Below are positions 46,713-58,027 of a stretch of 64,000 nt of DNA, piece after piece. Under the pieces are notes generated by a model. The model worked only from the letters and a program-made list of their open reading frames with translations. It was not told the DNA's origin and did no database searches. The DNA is from a virus: IMG/VR virus record IMGVR_UViG_3300019124_000038, positions 82,500-146,499 of that record. One strand, 5' to 3'. A program made the translations under genes and the position numbers. Numbering within the stretch: the stretch's first letter is position 1; the number at the start of each line of letters is the position of its first letter.

Positions 46713-48571
46713 TCACATGTCGTACCTCTCTCTCATCCCAGTTGTGATCGCTTGCATCAGCAGTTCTTGCAGAAGCGTATCGTAGTCCTTCCCATGAACA
46801 CTTAGGAATTGCACCATGTTATTGCGTCCATAAATGCTGATATCCTTTGCCAAGGTCAGACCGAGCACATCTTTTGTGGGGAATCGGTAGTAGTAAAACG
46901 TTCCACTCCCGTTTTCATGATAAAGCACCAGATCAAGGTTGCCGTCGATGATCTCCAGAACCTTCTCGCTGTTCTCGTAGCCGCGTTTTAATTTGATCTC
47001 TTGCATCATTGCCCTACCCTCCTTTACAGTTTGAGCGTCAGTAGCTTACGATCATCTAGTGAATGTAAGTCATGTCAAGGAGCTTCCCGTTCTTGAACAG
47101 ATCGCTAATTCCTTTTTTTGCCGTCTCTTCGTCAATGATGAAGTCGATGGTGATAGTAGCAATGCCATCAGAATATCGGTACTTGATTCGAGTACGGCGG
47201 GGAGGAAACCTTTTGGTCAAATTTTCGACCGTAGGAATCTCCCCGTCATTCTCTTTCATGTAGTTGCAGATGAACAGGTTAATGAGATCACGGGCAATCC
47301 ATCGGCGTTCTGTTTTCTTCACTTCCGTCATTTTCTCGTAGTAGCGCAACAGACGCTCCTTTGGGCTGGTAATAAACTTTTGATCGCGAAGCTCCTCGGG
47401 AAAGAAATGAACAATATGCAAATTTTCAAACTTGCTGTTGCTCACCCATACTGCTGTTACACGATTCCGTTCATCGTTCTGTTTGCCGCGATTACGCTCC
47501 ACCCATCTATTAAGATAATGGCATAGAGCAGTAGCATGGGGTAAAGAGATAAGCTCAATACCGTACTGATGGTGTTTGAGAGGATTTTTTTGGAGCTTAG
47601 GATTCGTGTAATGAATCTTGTACGTGATCATCTTCGTCATCGTCAATCGTCCTCCCATAAGTTTGCTCTAAGTTCTTCAAGAAGCAACGATTCTGCAAAA
47701 CCATCAGATGACGACGATCTACGTTCTTGCTCCTCAACGAATCGAATACGGTGGCGACTACGATATTCCAGAACCATATGTGCAAGCTCATGGTACTTTC
47801 CCTGCTTCTGTTGGTCAGGCAATCCATATAGCACGGTGATGCCACCAATACCCGTTACATGAACACTAAAACCAGAGTCGGCAAGCTGGAGGCTGGAACA
47901 ACGATACGGACATTCCATCATGCCCATCTCGTTCCTACGGTTGCGCCTGTCCAGCATAAACTTCCCACAGCACGGACACTTCCAAGTTCTAAATGGCAAC
48001 TTTTACACCCCCATTCTTAAAAGACGAGAACGGTTTGGCTGTTTTTCTACTCGAATGCCCTCGAAGGGATTCCCTTGGATGTTCAAACGTTGTCGATAGT
48101 CACCGACCATCTTAGCGACATTTTGCCTCATCCCATGTGTCAACTGATTCTGAGAGTGCGTTGCATTGACAACTAGCGTTTCTCCATTTCGAAAACGATA
48201 GCTTGTCTCGCCGCGAAGATCAAGGTTAACAACCAAGCAGTCATGACGAACGCAGTAGTAGGAACGATGCAGACCGCCACCATCATGCTCCATTTGGTGG
48301 CCACACACTAAGCATCTCATATTCGACGCTAACCTCCTTAGAACTCGACGAGAATCGTTCCGTTCAAAATGTCGTAAAACGTTACGGTCACTTCATTGTG
48401 TTCTCCACGAACAACGAACGTATCGCGGTTGACCCATTCCTTAATCTTGCCGTCAAAAACAAGACCCCGAGCATGATGGTGAACACGAACCGTAATGCCA
48501 ACTGGCAACTTCTTTTGAATATCTGCGGTATGCATCATAAACACGGTCAAGCGTTTCATTTGCTTACGCAC
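46713..48571 (-). other. Run of hypothetical CDSs (46713-47009, 47056-47640, 47643-47999, 48003-48320, 48338-48571); two carry zinc-ribbon N-termini
   Basis: Contiguous ORFs with SDs; CPCC..CPYRC and CLVC..C..HDC. Confidence 0.6.
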
Positions 48572-49217
48572 CTCCTGTTCGAAGTGTAGTATCAGCCATC
48601 TTGGTAATGATTGGATACTTGCTATCTTCTGTCGTCAAATGTAAAGTATGGTCGATTGCTTCCTCCAAAGTGATTCGGTTGCCTACCGAAACATACTGGC
48701 ATTTCGCCCCCGTTCGCGTTCGGAGACATGCGGCAAGAACTTCACCCTCATGCTCAATCAAGGTATACGCACCCTTGATACTAGGCGGCTCTAGGATTGC
48801 TCCAAGATCACGAAACGGATTCTTAGCTATCCCGATGGTAGGCTTGTCTATAACAAAGGAAGCGTGTGTAGCAAGTCCCAAGCGACGCGGATGCCAGATG
48901 CCATTGCCATCAAAAAACACTAGATCGGGGTCGATGTTGCGCTTTTGCCAAGCCGCTAAGAATGCGGGCATCTCACGGAAAGAAAGCATACTCGGCACGT
49001 ATGGTTCCATTGTGAAAATTCTTGCTGTTACAATTTCAAGAACCTTATGTGTAGCATATTCCATCGTAACGATTGCCGCCGATGCAGTCCCATCATTCCC
49101 ATATGCCACATCTACCCCGCTGACGATCTTTGGCTGACTAACCAGTGGCTCAATGGAAATTCGTTGTCGCATTGATTCTTGAAGAGCGATCTTCTCTTCA
49201 AGTTTCATGTTGACCAC
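48564..49217 (-). CDS. nfi: Endonuclease V (deoxyinosine 3' endonuclease)
   Basis: GVDVAY, PYVP..LSFRE, DGNGIWHPRRLGLATH, PTIGIAK, VSVG. Confidence 0.95.
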   Translation of the reverse strand: MVNMKLEEKIALQESMRQRISIEPLVSQPKIVSGVDVAYGNDGTASAAIVTMEYATHKVLEIVTARIFTMEPYVPSMLSFREMPAFLAAWQKRNIDPDLVFFDGNGIWHPRRLGLATHASFVIDKPTIGIAKNPFRDLGAILEPPSIKGAYTLIEHEGEVLAACLRTRTGAKCQYVSVGNRITLEEAIDHTLHLTTEDSKYPIITKMADTTLRTGGA

Positions 49218-49219
49218 TC

Positions 49220-49417
49220 CTACTCAAAAATCGTTTTAATACTACCGATAACGACGAGGGTGAGGACAATTCCGATCAGAACGCCCCACATCAGCGTTGT
49301 GGACAGTACGCCAATTCCGATTAGATAAAAAATGAGCCAGACAATGCCGCCCACAACAAGACCGATGAAAATTCCAATCACAAGCAATGCCATCAATGCT
49401 CCGCCAAAATCATACAT
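49220..49417 (-). CDS. Small two-TM membrane protein
   Basis: Hydrophobic; SD AAGGAGG. Confidence 0.6.
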   Translation of the reverse strand: MYDFGGALMALLVIGIFIGLVVGGIVWLIFYLIGIGVLSTTLMWGVLIGIVLTLVVIGSIKTIFE

Positions 49418-49459
49418 TCTACCAACCTCCTTGGCTATATTATACATGTATTATAGAAG

Positions 49460-49669
49460 CTAGTCAACCCGAACGCATATGATGAAATCGCCTAAATCAT
49501 CTCCCATACGATCAACACGAATAACTCGTAGCTTGTCAAGACCGCGAATGTCAAACACCGTACCCTCACGGAGACAACGAAGCTCCTGCGGATTTTTGAT
49601 CGGATAGTATCTATCTGAGCCTATACCACGGGGATGACAGTATAGAATACCTACCTTGTTCATTGCCAT
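49460..49669 (-). CDS. GLG-family paralog
   Basis: IKNP..EGTVFDIRGL. Confidence 0.6.
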   Translation of the reverse strand: MAMNKVGILYCHPRGIGSDRYYPIKNPQELRCLREGTVFDIRGLDKLRVIRVDRMGDDLGDFIICVRVD

Positions 49670-49702
49670 CCTCCTTTACAGAAGGAGGAGCAAGCCGAAG
49701 CC

Positions 49703-50599
49703 CTACTCCTCTGCAAAGTAATCCTGACGCTGATGAAACTCGCGTCCGTTCCAGAGCCGTACCGCACAACCGAAAGTTTTACCAGTCGGACGATGGATGT
49801 ACCAAGTACGAATGTAGTGGCGTGTGCGCTCGTAGTCTACATCCGAGTTGGCATCTTGCGTGAATTGTTTGGTAAAATATTCGATTCTAAGGATGAAGTC
49901 ACATCGACCAAACTTCCAGTCGTAGAACTTGCTCTCCTCGGTATCCATCGGATGCGGCTTGCTGATCTTGCGGAGAAGATCGTCAAGAGAGAACGGCGGC
50001 ACTCGTTCAGCACCAGAACCCGTGCGGAGGTGACGTGTAAAGCCACCATTCTCAGGCTCATACCGATTGAAAATCCAATTAACACGGTTTCTCAATTGGG
50101 ACTCGTATGCCCGCCACACTTCGCTCATGTCTTCGCCCCAAGGCTCCAGACGAACATCAGGAAGGTTCAGGTAATTGGAATTGCGACGCGGGCGTGGTGG
50201 CTCATATCCAAGGCTCATTTCAGATGTAGGAGAGGTACGTGTGGAACGCTGTTCCCGACGCATCTCATTGCGCTCCTCCTGCTCCATACGAGTCATCAAT
50301 CCCACGATCTCTTCGATCTGTTGCTCCGTGATTGGAGTCGTTGTTCTAGTAGTTGGAGCGGTAGCTTCTGCCAAACCTTCCAGCATAGGAGAGGGTCGGT
50401 CATCTTCTACCGTTTCTGTGGTAAAAACCACTTGCGGCGTTCGGCGTTGCTGTCGGCTCGATGACCGAGTTCGCGCTGGAAAGGGCGGATTGAACGATCC
50501 ATTGGCAGTACTTCGTACTACATACCTCACAAACTCTTCCTGTTCACTAGAACTACGAGCAACTACTTCATTATCGGGGTCACGACGATTGCGCGGCAT
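49703..50599 (-). CDS. Hypothetical protein with disordered N-terminus
   Basis: 298 aa, SD GGAGG. Confidence 0.65.
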   Translation of the reverse strand: MPRNRRDPDNEVVARSSSEQEEFVRYVVRSTANGSFNPPFPARTRSSSRQQRRTPQVVFTTETVEDDRPSPMLEGLAEATAPTTRTTTPITEQQIEEIVGLMTRMEQEERNEMRREQRSTRTSPTSEMSLGYEPPRPRRNSNYLNLPDVRLEPWGEDMSEVWRAYESQLRNRVNWIFNRYEPENGGFTRHLRTGSGAERVPPFSLDDLLRKISKPHPMDTEESKFYDWKFGRCDFILRIEYFTKQFTQDANSDVDYERTRHYIRTWYIHRPTGKTFGCAVRLWNGREFHQRQDYFAEE

Positions 50600-50613
50600 T
50601 TATCATACCTCCC

Positions 50614-51741
50614 TTAGAGTGCAGAAATAGACTCTTTCCCTTCGTTTACTTCCTGAGCTTTCTTCATGTAGCCTTTCTTGAAGCCATTCTCGAAGCCGAT
50701 GCTGTAAATCTCTTCGATCTCCTGCTCTCGCTTGTAGTAGCCTTCACTCTGCCCCATAGCGAACGCCCGCGCCTTTTCAGACTCGATCAGGTCATGCAGG
50801 GAGATCGCATCGTCAGCACCGATCTGATCTTCGATCTTCTTTAACACAGACGGAAACTTCGTCACATGTGCCAGCACATCAAACCCATTCGGTAGGTCGC
50901 CTTTCAGCGGGTCGTAGCCGCCGTATGCGCTGAGAGCTTTGAAGTTCGTATCAAAGCTGATCGGCTCTTGCTTTAACTGCTCCTCTGCTTTGTCAGCATT
51001 GGTATCGAAGAAATAAATTGCTTGTCTTTTCGGCTCGATGAAGGTCAGATCAGCAGGATTCACCGCCGCTATTGGAACTTCCGCATTGGCGCAAGAGATG
51101 CCGTAGGTGAGATATGACTGCATCGACGCAAAGATGATGATGTTCAGGCTGTCGATGTAAGTCATGATGATCGGCATGGTATCGCGGACAATCCACATTT
51201 GGGACGGGAAAAACTTGCGGATGAATGCGAAAGTGAATGCTCCCTCCAGATCGTTTGCTACACTTGCCATCTTTTGAGCTGTCAATCGAAGACCCATGCG
51301 GTCTACCAGTCGGAAGATAACTTCAGAGTCAACTTCACCAGCTCGTCCCATATTATAGCGGGTGAACAGACGATCATCATTATCAATCCACCCATTGTGA
51401 ATGCCTACAGTAGAGTAAGTTTCAATCGGGTGGTTGTTCACGTTGTTGTCGGGAGAGCCTTGCGTAGCGGCTCGGGTGTGGAGCAGAATGTTTACAGTGT
51501 CATTTGTGATGTTTTCTTCCACCCAGTCACTCCAAGATGCGGTGCTAGTCAGTTCTTCGCCAGTGATTTGATACTTGAAAACAGCCGTGGTTCGGTCTTT
51601 TTTCCCGACCGCGATACCAGCCGCATCTCCGCCACGAGCATCGTTTGCTACCAAAATTCCTTCTGCCAGCTTACGGATATAAGCCAGCTCCTGCTTAGTA
51701 CGTTCCTGCGGGAACATCAAGATACCGCCGATTCCACACAT
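50614..51741 (-). CDS. Class II (Ntn) glutamine amidotransferase
   Basis: MCGIGG N-terminal Cys, RG.DAAG, HTRAAT, NNHP, HNG, VDSE. Confidence 0.9.
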   Translation of the reverse strand: MCGIGGILMFPQERTKQELAYIRKLAEGILVANDARGGDAAGIAVGKKDRTTAVFKYQITGEELTSTASWSDWVEENITNDTVNILLHTRAATQGSPDNNVNNHPIETYSTVGIHNGWIDNDDRLFTRYNMGRAGEVDSEVIFRLVDRMGLRLTAQKMASVANDLEGAFTFAFIRKFFPSQMWIVRDTMPIIMTYIDSLNIIIFASMQSYLTYGISCANAEVPIAAVNPADLTFIEPKRQAIYFFDTNADKAEEQLKQEPISFDTNFKALSAYGGYDPLKGDLPNGFDVLAHVTKFPSVLKKIEDQIGADDAISLHDLIESEKARAFAMGQSEGYYKREQEIEEIYSIGFENGFKKGYMKKAQEVNEGKESISAL

Positions 51742-51758
51742 CCGTCATCTCTCCTTTA

Positions 51759-51995
51759 TTATCGACTAAAAATTGTTTCAACACAGGCATTCAAAATTCT
51801 CTGTTCAAAAACAGAGCCCAATTGTGCTTCCCGATAAACAGAAACTCCATTAGGTTGCAAGACATGATAGTGAAATTGATCGGGATATGCGATGATGCTC
51901 CGCACCATAATTTCAAAATCATTTTTAATACCTTTGACAGTGCCAGCCGAAACAAAACCATCCGCCACTAGCTCTTCCTTATTAGGGAATGTCAT
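51759..51995 (-). CDS. Hypothetical protein
   Basis: Downstream of promoter at 52055-52028. Confidence 0.55.
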   Translation of the reverse strand: MTFPNKEELVADGFVSAGTVKGIKNDFEIMVRSIIAYPDQFHYHVLQPNGVSVYREAQLGSVFEQRILNACVETIFSR

Positions 51996-52012
51996 TGTGT
52001 TCCTTCCTTCCA

Positions 52013-52055
52013 TTGTGTTATATCTGTATTATATCAATCTAGCAAAAAAAGTCAA
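52013..52055 (-). promoter_or_regulatory. sigmaA promoter
   Basis: TTGACT-16-TATAAT then N5-TATAACACAA. Confidence 0.7.
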
Positions 52056-52059
52056 CACT

Positions 52060-53334
52060 CTAGCTTGCGGCAAAACAAATGGTAGTGCAGACCTCGAAGT
52101 GCTTACAGTAATCGCACATCGAATTTTCCCAGTCGGGCGGAAGAGCGTCAGTAGAAACACCCTCTATCGGCTCGAACTCGTACCCAAGACCAAGCCGCTT
52201 AATCAGCCGAGAGATGCGCGGGCTAGGAGTTTGAAGACGCGCTTCGATTACCCCGTCTTGACTTCCGCGAACTTGCATCTTGCCGATGCCTTCGATGTTC
52301 ATGGTATTACCCGACATGATACGTTCCCTTGGCGGATTGGCGATAGGATACTCGCCGATAGTCAACCCCTTGTAGTGGACACGAAGAATCATACTGCTCC
52401 CTCCTCCCCAATTTTTTGACACATGTACCAGATCAGCTCTTCCCCATCCTGCTCGATGCGGCTAACGTCAATATATCCAAGATTACGGATAAGAAGGATG
52501 TTCCCCTCCCGAATGGTGACAGAAGAGGGAACCTTCACATTGTACGTTCCGACATATTCCGTGCCATAGTAAAGAACCATACAGCGTTGTCTCATAGTTG
52601 CGGCTCCTTTCTACCTGCGAATCGTGCCGCCGAGACGACGAATCATATCCACGAGTTCGTCTGTGTTAAGATCGAATTTTTGACGCATACAGACACCCCC
52701 TTACATATACATTACTCGATAGCGAACTTCATTGTGATGTGCGTGAAATGTAGGCTTAATTTCGGCGACGATCAATGCGCCAAGCCCCTTGATTTTGAAT
52801 ACGTCACCACGCCGCACCTTCAGGAGAATTTCGCGCATTGCTTCTGCGTTGATAATCTCGTGCTCTTCACCAAGAGAAACCAGCCATGCTTTGATCGGTT
52901 TTTTCTGCGGGTGACTAGGCATGACTTTTTATCTCCTTGTAAACCAGATAACACATAAAGAAATACTCTCCTGTATCTGGATTCGTACCCCACCCACGCA
53001 CCTCGATAACCCCAAGCCCTCTGATATGGAACTCTGTTCCGATAGAGCGGTCAGACTCAACAATAGTATGGGGATTAGAAATGTGGTATCGCTTAAACAA
53101 TCCCATCATTCTTTGATCTTCAAATACGTCAATGTAAGAACAAACGGGCTTTGGTGATAGTGTCGATTTTTTGACCCAAATGGTGGAGCCTCCCTCGCAT
53201 GTTCTGCAACAGCCAGCAAATGGATTAAACATATCATCGTCCCGTTCTTCATGGTCGGGATCAACACCACTCCCCTTACAGTCAGGACAAATGATTTCTA
53301 TCTCTGTTTCTGATTCGAGCAAGTAGATTCCCAT
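52060..53334 (-). other. Tandem GLG-family paralog CDSs (52060-52392, 52389-52595, 52701-52922, 52915-53334)
   Basis: Shared G..[FL].I.G[LI]G...V motif. Confidence 0.65.
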
Positions 53335-53383
53335 GTTTCTCAACTCCTCTCCCCAAGGGGAAGGCGGTGGTCTAGACCGCCTG

Positions 53384-53656
53384 TTATTGATTGAGCATTC
53401 CGTATATCTCAATTAATGCTAGGTCATGTTGAAGACTCTCTTCTCGAACAAGAGCGGTAAGAAACTTCTTTGTCGTCTGCATAAAATAGTCTGTGGTATA
53501 GCCCCATAGGTGGATGTTCAGAAGCCATCTGTCAAACACCCAAAATCGGTTATCTGAGATGGCTTCGTGCATATCTCTCACCGAGCGAAGGCATACTCCA
53601 TTAGCAAACAGATATCCATTTCTAACTTCATACTGAATGGGTAATGGCACTCTCAT
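53384..53656 (-). CDS. Hypothetical protein
   Basis: ORF after amidoligase. Confidence 0.5.
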   Translation of the reverse strand: MRVPLPIQYEVRNGYLFANGVCLRSVRDMHEAISDNRFWVFDRWLLNIHLWGYTTDYFMQTTKKFLTALVREESLQHDLALIEIYGMLNQ

Positions 53657-53658
53657 TG

Positions 53659-54969
53659 TTACACCGCCTGTTTGAAGATCATTGCACCCAAGCCCTTGTC
53701 CCATGCCACGATACGCTCTTCTCCGATCTGATCGAACAGCTCGTTGAACTTACGAATCTCCACATTCAGGCGACGCGCCGCTTTAGTACGCCATTCGCCC
53801 GCAGAAGTGCAGTCCGTGATCGCTTGAAGGATAATCGTCTCGATGAGCTTGTCCTTCTTATCACTGTCGATCAGCTTAGGAGTGTACAGGTATTCCTCGA
53901 TTTGCCGCCAGCTCTTACCTTGGATACGCAGGAGAGATGCAGGGGTAATCGCAATCTTGGTCAGGATATCGTAGGCAATCGGAGAGATCGAAAGAAGCTC
54001 TGCCTTGAACCAGCTCACCATCTGACTAGAGATGGTCTGGAACTTCTCGATATCCTCTTGGTCGATATCGCTGGTGTCACTCTCCCGTTCCCCGCCGCCA
54101 TAGTTGGCGAACTTTTTCGTCAAGGCTACGCGTTCCTCATAGTCTTCCTGCTTCATCAGAATGACTCCCAGTTGCGAAAGATCAATTGCTTTGTAGATCA
54201 TAGCAACCTCCAGAGCTACAAGTGCGGTAGCATACGCGGGGGAAAGAACCGTATCGGGATAGCGGGCTTCGACATGGAAACGGTCTAATTCTCGACTGTT
54301 AGCGAAGTGAGAGGGATTCATGTTGAGCATGGTGTACTTACCGTACTTCTCGTTGAGTTCAGCCTGAATGACTTCCATCGGTTTGTTGATCGGCGAGTAA
54401 TCAAACAACGGCTGTCGAAACAATGTGTAGCGTGTCATTGCTTCCGCTGTAGCACCAGCCGACGCAATCCAGTAGAGTTCGGGCGCGAAGATACGGTGGA
54501 GCTGGTAGAGGTTCGCAAGAATGATCGTCGGCACATTCTTCTCCAGCTCAGAAAGACCGTGACTGGAGTAGCCAGCAAGCAAATGAATATGCATTCCCGT
54601 ATGGTAGGACGTGTAGAAGTCGAGGCTACGCATTTCGTCCATGATCTTCTTGTTCATCTCGTACATGGTCTTCCAGTTAAAGCGGCGACCAACAGTAATC
54701 ATCTCTACGCCGTTCGGCACGGAGCCGTCACGGGTGACTTCCTTGATTCCGTATTCACCTACGATATCGACGGAGTGCGTTGGCTTGAACATGTCGCGAA
54801 GCTGATGTTCGGCCTCACGAAGATTACGTTCGTCAGGTACATGCACCTCGAACTCTTCGCCGACTTTGAGAATCTTTGCAAAAATCATCCTCCAATATTC
54901 GGTATCCCGTGTGGTCAGGCGACCGAGACGACTGGTGTTAAACGACAACTTCTCAAACAGTTTCGACAT
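53659..54969 (-). CDS. Amidoligase (glutamine-synthetase-like COOH-NH2 ligase)
   Basis: VGEEFEV, DGSV, GVEM, GMHIH, KY..N, HVEARY. Confidence 0.8.
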   Translation of the reverse strand: MSKLFEKLSFNTSRLGRLTTRDTEYWRMIFAKILKVGEEFEVHVPDERNLREAEHQLRDMFKPTHSVDIVGEYGIKEVTRDGSVPNGVEMITVGRRFNWKTMYEMNKKIMDEMRSLDFYTSYHTGMHIHLLAGYSSHGLSELEKNVPTIILANLYQLHRIFAPELYWIASAGATAEAMTRYTLFRQPLFDYSPINKPMEVIQAELNEKYGKYTMLNMNPSHFANSRELDRFHVEARYPDTVLSPAYATALVALEVAMIYKAIDLSQLGVILMKQEDYEERVALTKKFANYGGGERESDTSDIDQEDIEKFQTISSQMVSWFKAELLSISPIAYDILTKIAITPASLLRIQGKSWRQIEEYLYTPKLIDSDKKDKLIETIILQAITDCTSAGEWRTKAARRLNVEIRKFNELFDQIGEERIVAWDKGLGAMIFKQAV

Positions 54970-54981
54970 GGCTTGTCCTCC

Positions 54982-56671
54982 TTAGCGGTAGATGTATCGT
55001 TTCGGTGGAGTGTAGCTCAGATAGACGCGCACGATACCATCATCATAATCCCAACGTACTTCGCTGACCTCGCACCAGTAACCTTGAATCTTGACCTTAT
55101 GATAGCTAGCCGGAACTTGCATGTGCATGGAGTTGGTCTCGATCTCCTTCACAATCATATAGTCCCGATCTACGACCTTCCCTTCGAACATCCCTTCAAT
55201 GCCGAGATCATTGTCGTAGCGGTCAACCAGTTTCAGTAGGAAGCGCATTTTCCACGGCATCACCAAACACCTCCATATTGATAGTAGAACATATCATCAC
55301 ACGAGTCATCTAGGAACTCCCTTTAAAGGTAGAGAACTTCACGAGGAATCGGCAAGACAATATCAGAACCTCTTCCTTTGTCGCATTTATCCCGCCGACG
55401 AAGTAGTCGTGCACCGATACTCTCGAATCTTCGACCACAAGAGAACCAAGATTGGAAATAAGGAGAATATCGTTGCTGTTCAGGTCTTTCAGCTTCTCCC
55501 AATTTTTCTGAGGATTTTGGACACAAAAACGGTATGTAGTGCCGCTATAATCCTCGACTACTACTGAGATGCGGCGTTCAGGCTTGTTCAGTCTCGCCGT
55601 CAAGGCACGTCACCCCTTTGCACCATACGAACATATTCGCATTCACACCGTCTCCGTTGTAGTTGATATGATCTCTTTGAAACACACGACCGACCAGAAG
55701 TGTCCCGAGTCCTTTGATCTCCAATCTATCGCCCTCTTCAAGTTCGAGAAGACGTTCCCATGCTTCACTTGGATTCGAGACTTTGAAAAATCTCTCACCG
55801 CTCAGGCGGATATGGATGTTATGCTTGACTGGTAATACCATCCTATCACTCCTACTCGAACCAGTCAATAGGGTAGTATTGATCAACGGTTTCCCCTATT
55901 TTCCAAGCCCGCATACAGTAGAATGTTCGATCTTTACAGCGAACCGAATTATTCCAAGGAGCAGGGTACTCATTGTCATCAACACGAATGACCAAGAGTG
56001 GGTCTTCTACTCCTTGCACCTTGAAGACTGCACCCTTTTTGAGTTCCGTCAGTTGCTCACGGATGCCATCTTGGTTTGCGTTCCTAATGCTATAGTAGTC
56101 CTGCGTCGTTTGTACTCCGCGATGCTCTGACAGTACCACGATATTCGCGACTAGATCAAAAAGAGTGGTTGTCATGATTCTCTCCTTGCTTCCATTTTCT
56201 TTTCTCCCTGAATCTCCGACGCAGTTCTGTGTAATTAATCGGGTTTTCAGGGCGAGTAATCGGAGCAACAATGAATCCAATCTCCACATAAGTAAAGGAG
56301 GGCATCGGATATTCAAACGGTTCCACTCGATAGACGACAAATTCCCCTAATCCCTTGATGTTAAAGATCGCACCAATGCCGATAGACTCTAACTGCTCCC
56401 TGAGTGCCTTGGCATTATTGATCTGATAGCTGATTGCCTGATCGTACAAACTACGAGGGTTGCGAATTTCAAGATGAGCATAGAAGTCCTCTTTTCGTAC
56501 TTTCTGGAGATTATCTTCATGCTGTGAAGTTGGAGAATCATCACCATCAAACAAGACACTAAAGATATTGCCCCGATTGTTACTCCCAATCAATCTTACA
56601 ATTGCCCCTTCCCCATAAAACTCATGAATCACCCTGTCTCCAACTTTAAGTCCCTTCGCCAAAGAACTCAA
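54982..56671 (-). other. Hypothetical CDS 54982-55266 and GLG-family paralogs (55310-55603, 55578-55841, 55852-56175, 56156-56671)
   Basis: Shared motif; 56156-56671 also has an N-terminal Tudor-like GDRVIH..YG.G motif. Confidence 0.65.
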
Positions 56672-57158
56672 CCCTCCCGTCGCACATCACGTAGCTTTGG
56701 TTTTTCGCCAAGCTATAGAAATACTGATAGATCGTGTAGATGGTTTTGCCATCATTGTCTACTACTGGCATGATGTTTCGGTAGTTATATCTAAGCATCC
56801 AACCGCCGTCATTCCGAAGGTACAGATACTCAGGCGGAGCGGTCTTGCCATCACCTATCAGTGCATCGGGATTGGAAACAGGAACCTTGCTCTCGGCGAT
56901 CATGATATATGCACGATCAAGCGGTGAGCGTACGACTTCGCATTCCTTACAAACATCCTTGCCAGCCGCACAGTGACTGCAAGCGAGTCGATGGCAGACC
57001 TCACAGTAGGTATGACAGTTGACGCAGTACATATCGCCACATAATTGACATGAATCAGTCGAAGTCTCGCTTACCGAAGCCTTGCATGTACAGATGACAA
57101 ATGAGGTCTCAGTTTTCGATGGAGGAAGTGCTAGAGGGATGTAGCCCCAAATTGACAA
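56646..57158 (-). CDS. Cys-rich zinc-finger protein
   Basis: Multiple CxxC pairs. Confidence 0.55.
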   Translation of the reverse strand: MSIWGYIPLALPPSKTETSFVICTCKASVSETSTDSCQLCGDMYCVNCHTYCEVCHRLACSHCAAGKDVCKECEVVRSPLDRAYIMIAESKVPVSNPDALIGDGKTAPPEYLYLRNDGGWMLRYNYRNIMPVVDNDGKTIYTIYQYFYSLAKNQSYVMCDGRVEFFGEGT

Positions 57159-57435
57159 GTGGGTTCACCGCCTTTTCATAGTAATTCTGCTTAACTTGTT
57201 CAAGCAAAGCGGCAGGGATACGATCAGCTAGTTTGAAGAGATACGCTGTCTGCGACTCATCGAGATTGAGCACATCGGCGATCTTTTGGAGCTTATCTTC
57301 CGCTGGAATGGTCACATCGTTTTCAATATCCGCCATGTACTGGTTAGATACGTCGATACGCTTTGCGAAGTTTGAACGGTACTTGTAACCGCCCGCTTGA
57401 CGCAGAGTGGAGATTACCTTCCCAAGAGTTTCCAC
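57109..57435 (-). CDS. XRE-family HTH transcriptional regulator
   Basis: LGKVISTLRQ..FAKRIDVSNQYMADIEND..P..KIADVL. Confidence 0.85.
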   Translation of the reverse strand: METLGKVISTLRQAGGYKYRSNFAKRIDVSNQYMADIENDVTIPAEDKLQKIADVLNLDESQTAYLFKLADRIPAALLEQVKQNYYEKAVNPLVNLGLHPSSTSSIEN

Positions 57436-57436
57436 C

Positions 57437-58025
57437 CTAGATCACCCCTTCTTCCTGAAAGTACCTGAAGATTGTCGGGTAACACACTTCAATCTTACAC
57501 TTTTCCGCATAGCTTAATTCCGTCATAAGATCATAGAGTGCGAAAAGCTCATCTTTGGAAAGTGGACAGGAGTTTTGGCTAGAGAAATAAGCCATACCGA
57601 AGAGAATCATGGCTCTAGTATACTTATCCATCTAGCTCACCCCTTCGCCCTTCACTTGAAAGTCTGCGAATGGTTACTTCGACTTCTTCTCCTGCGAATT
57701 TTTCACAAAGAATTTCTCCTAGGCAATCGCTGGAATTTGAAACATCTCCGATTTCCCATCCATTAGGATGATCGACTTGGTGTGCTGTGCCGATCATTTG
57801 AAAATCGGGTGACAATCTTTGAATTGCTTTGCGGTAGTCGCGGAGTTTATCTTCAGCAATCGCCATGTTGTAATGAATGTCATGGACGATGTTATCCACG
57901 TAGCTACCACGAAAACCAGCAGTCCCGCGTCTTTCTTCGAGTTTTTCGATTTCAAGATCGCAAGACCACAAGTAGTTTTCCATCTTTTCGATATTCAAAG
58001 TAAGTAATTCAATTGCATGTTGCAT
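57437..58025 (-). other. Two hypothetical CDSs (57437-57631, 57624-58025)
   Basis: Coupled ORFs after ruvB. Confidence 0.55.
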
Positions 58026-58027
58026 TA

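Noticed and set aside
53644-55239. 214-aa and 310-aa + strand ORFs
   Set aside because: Antisense to the amidoligase; codon-bias shadows.
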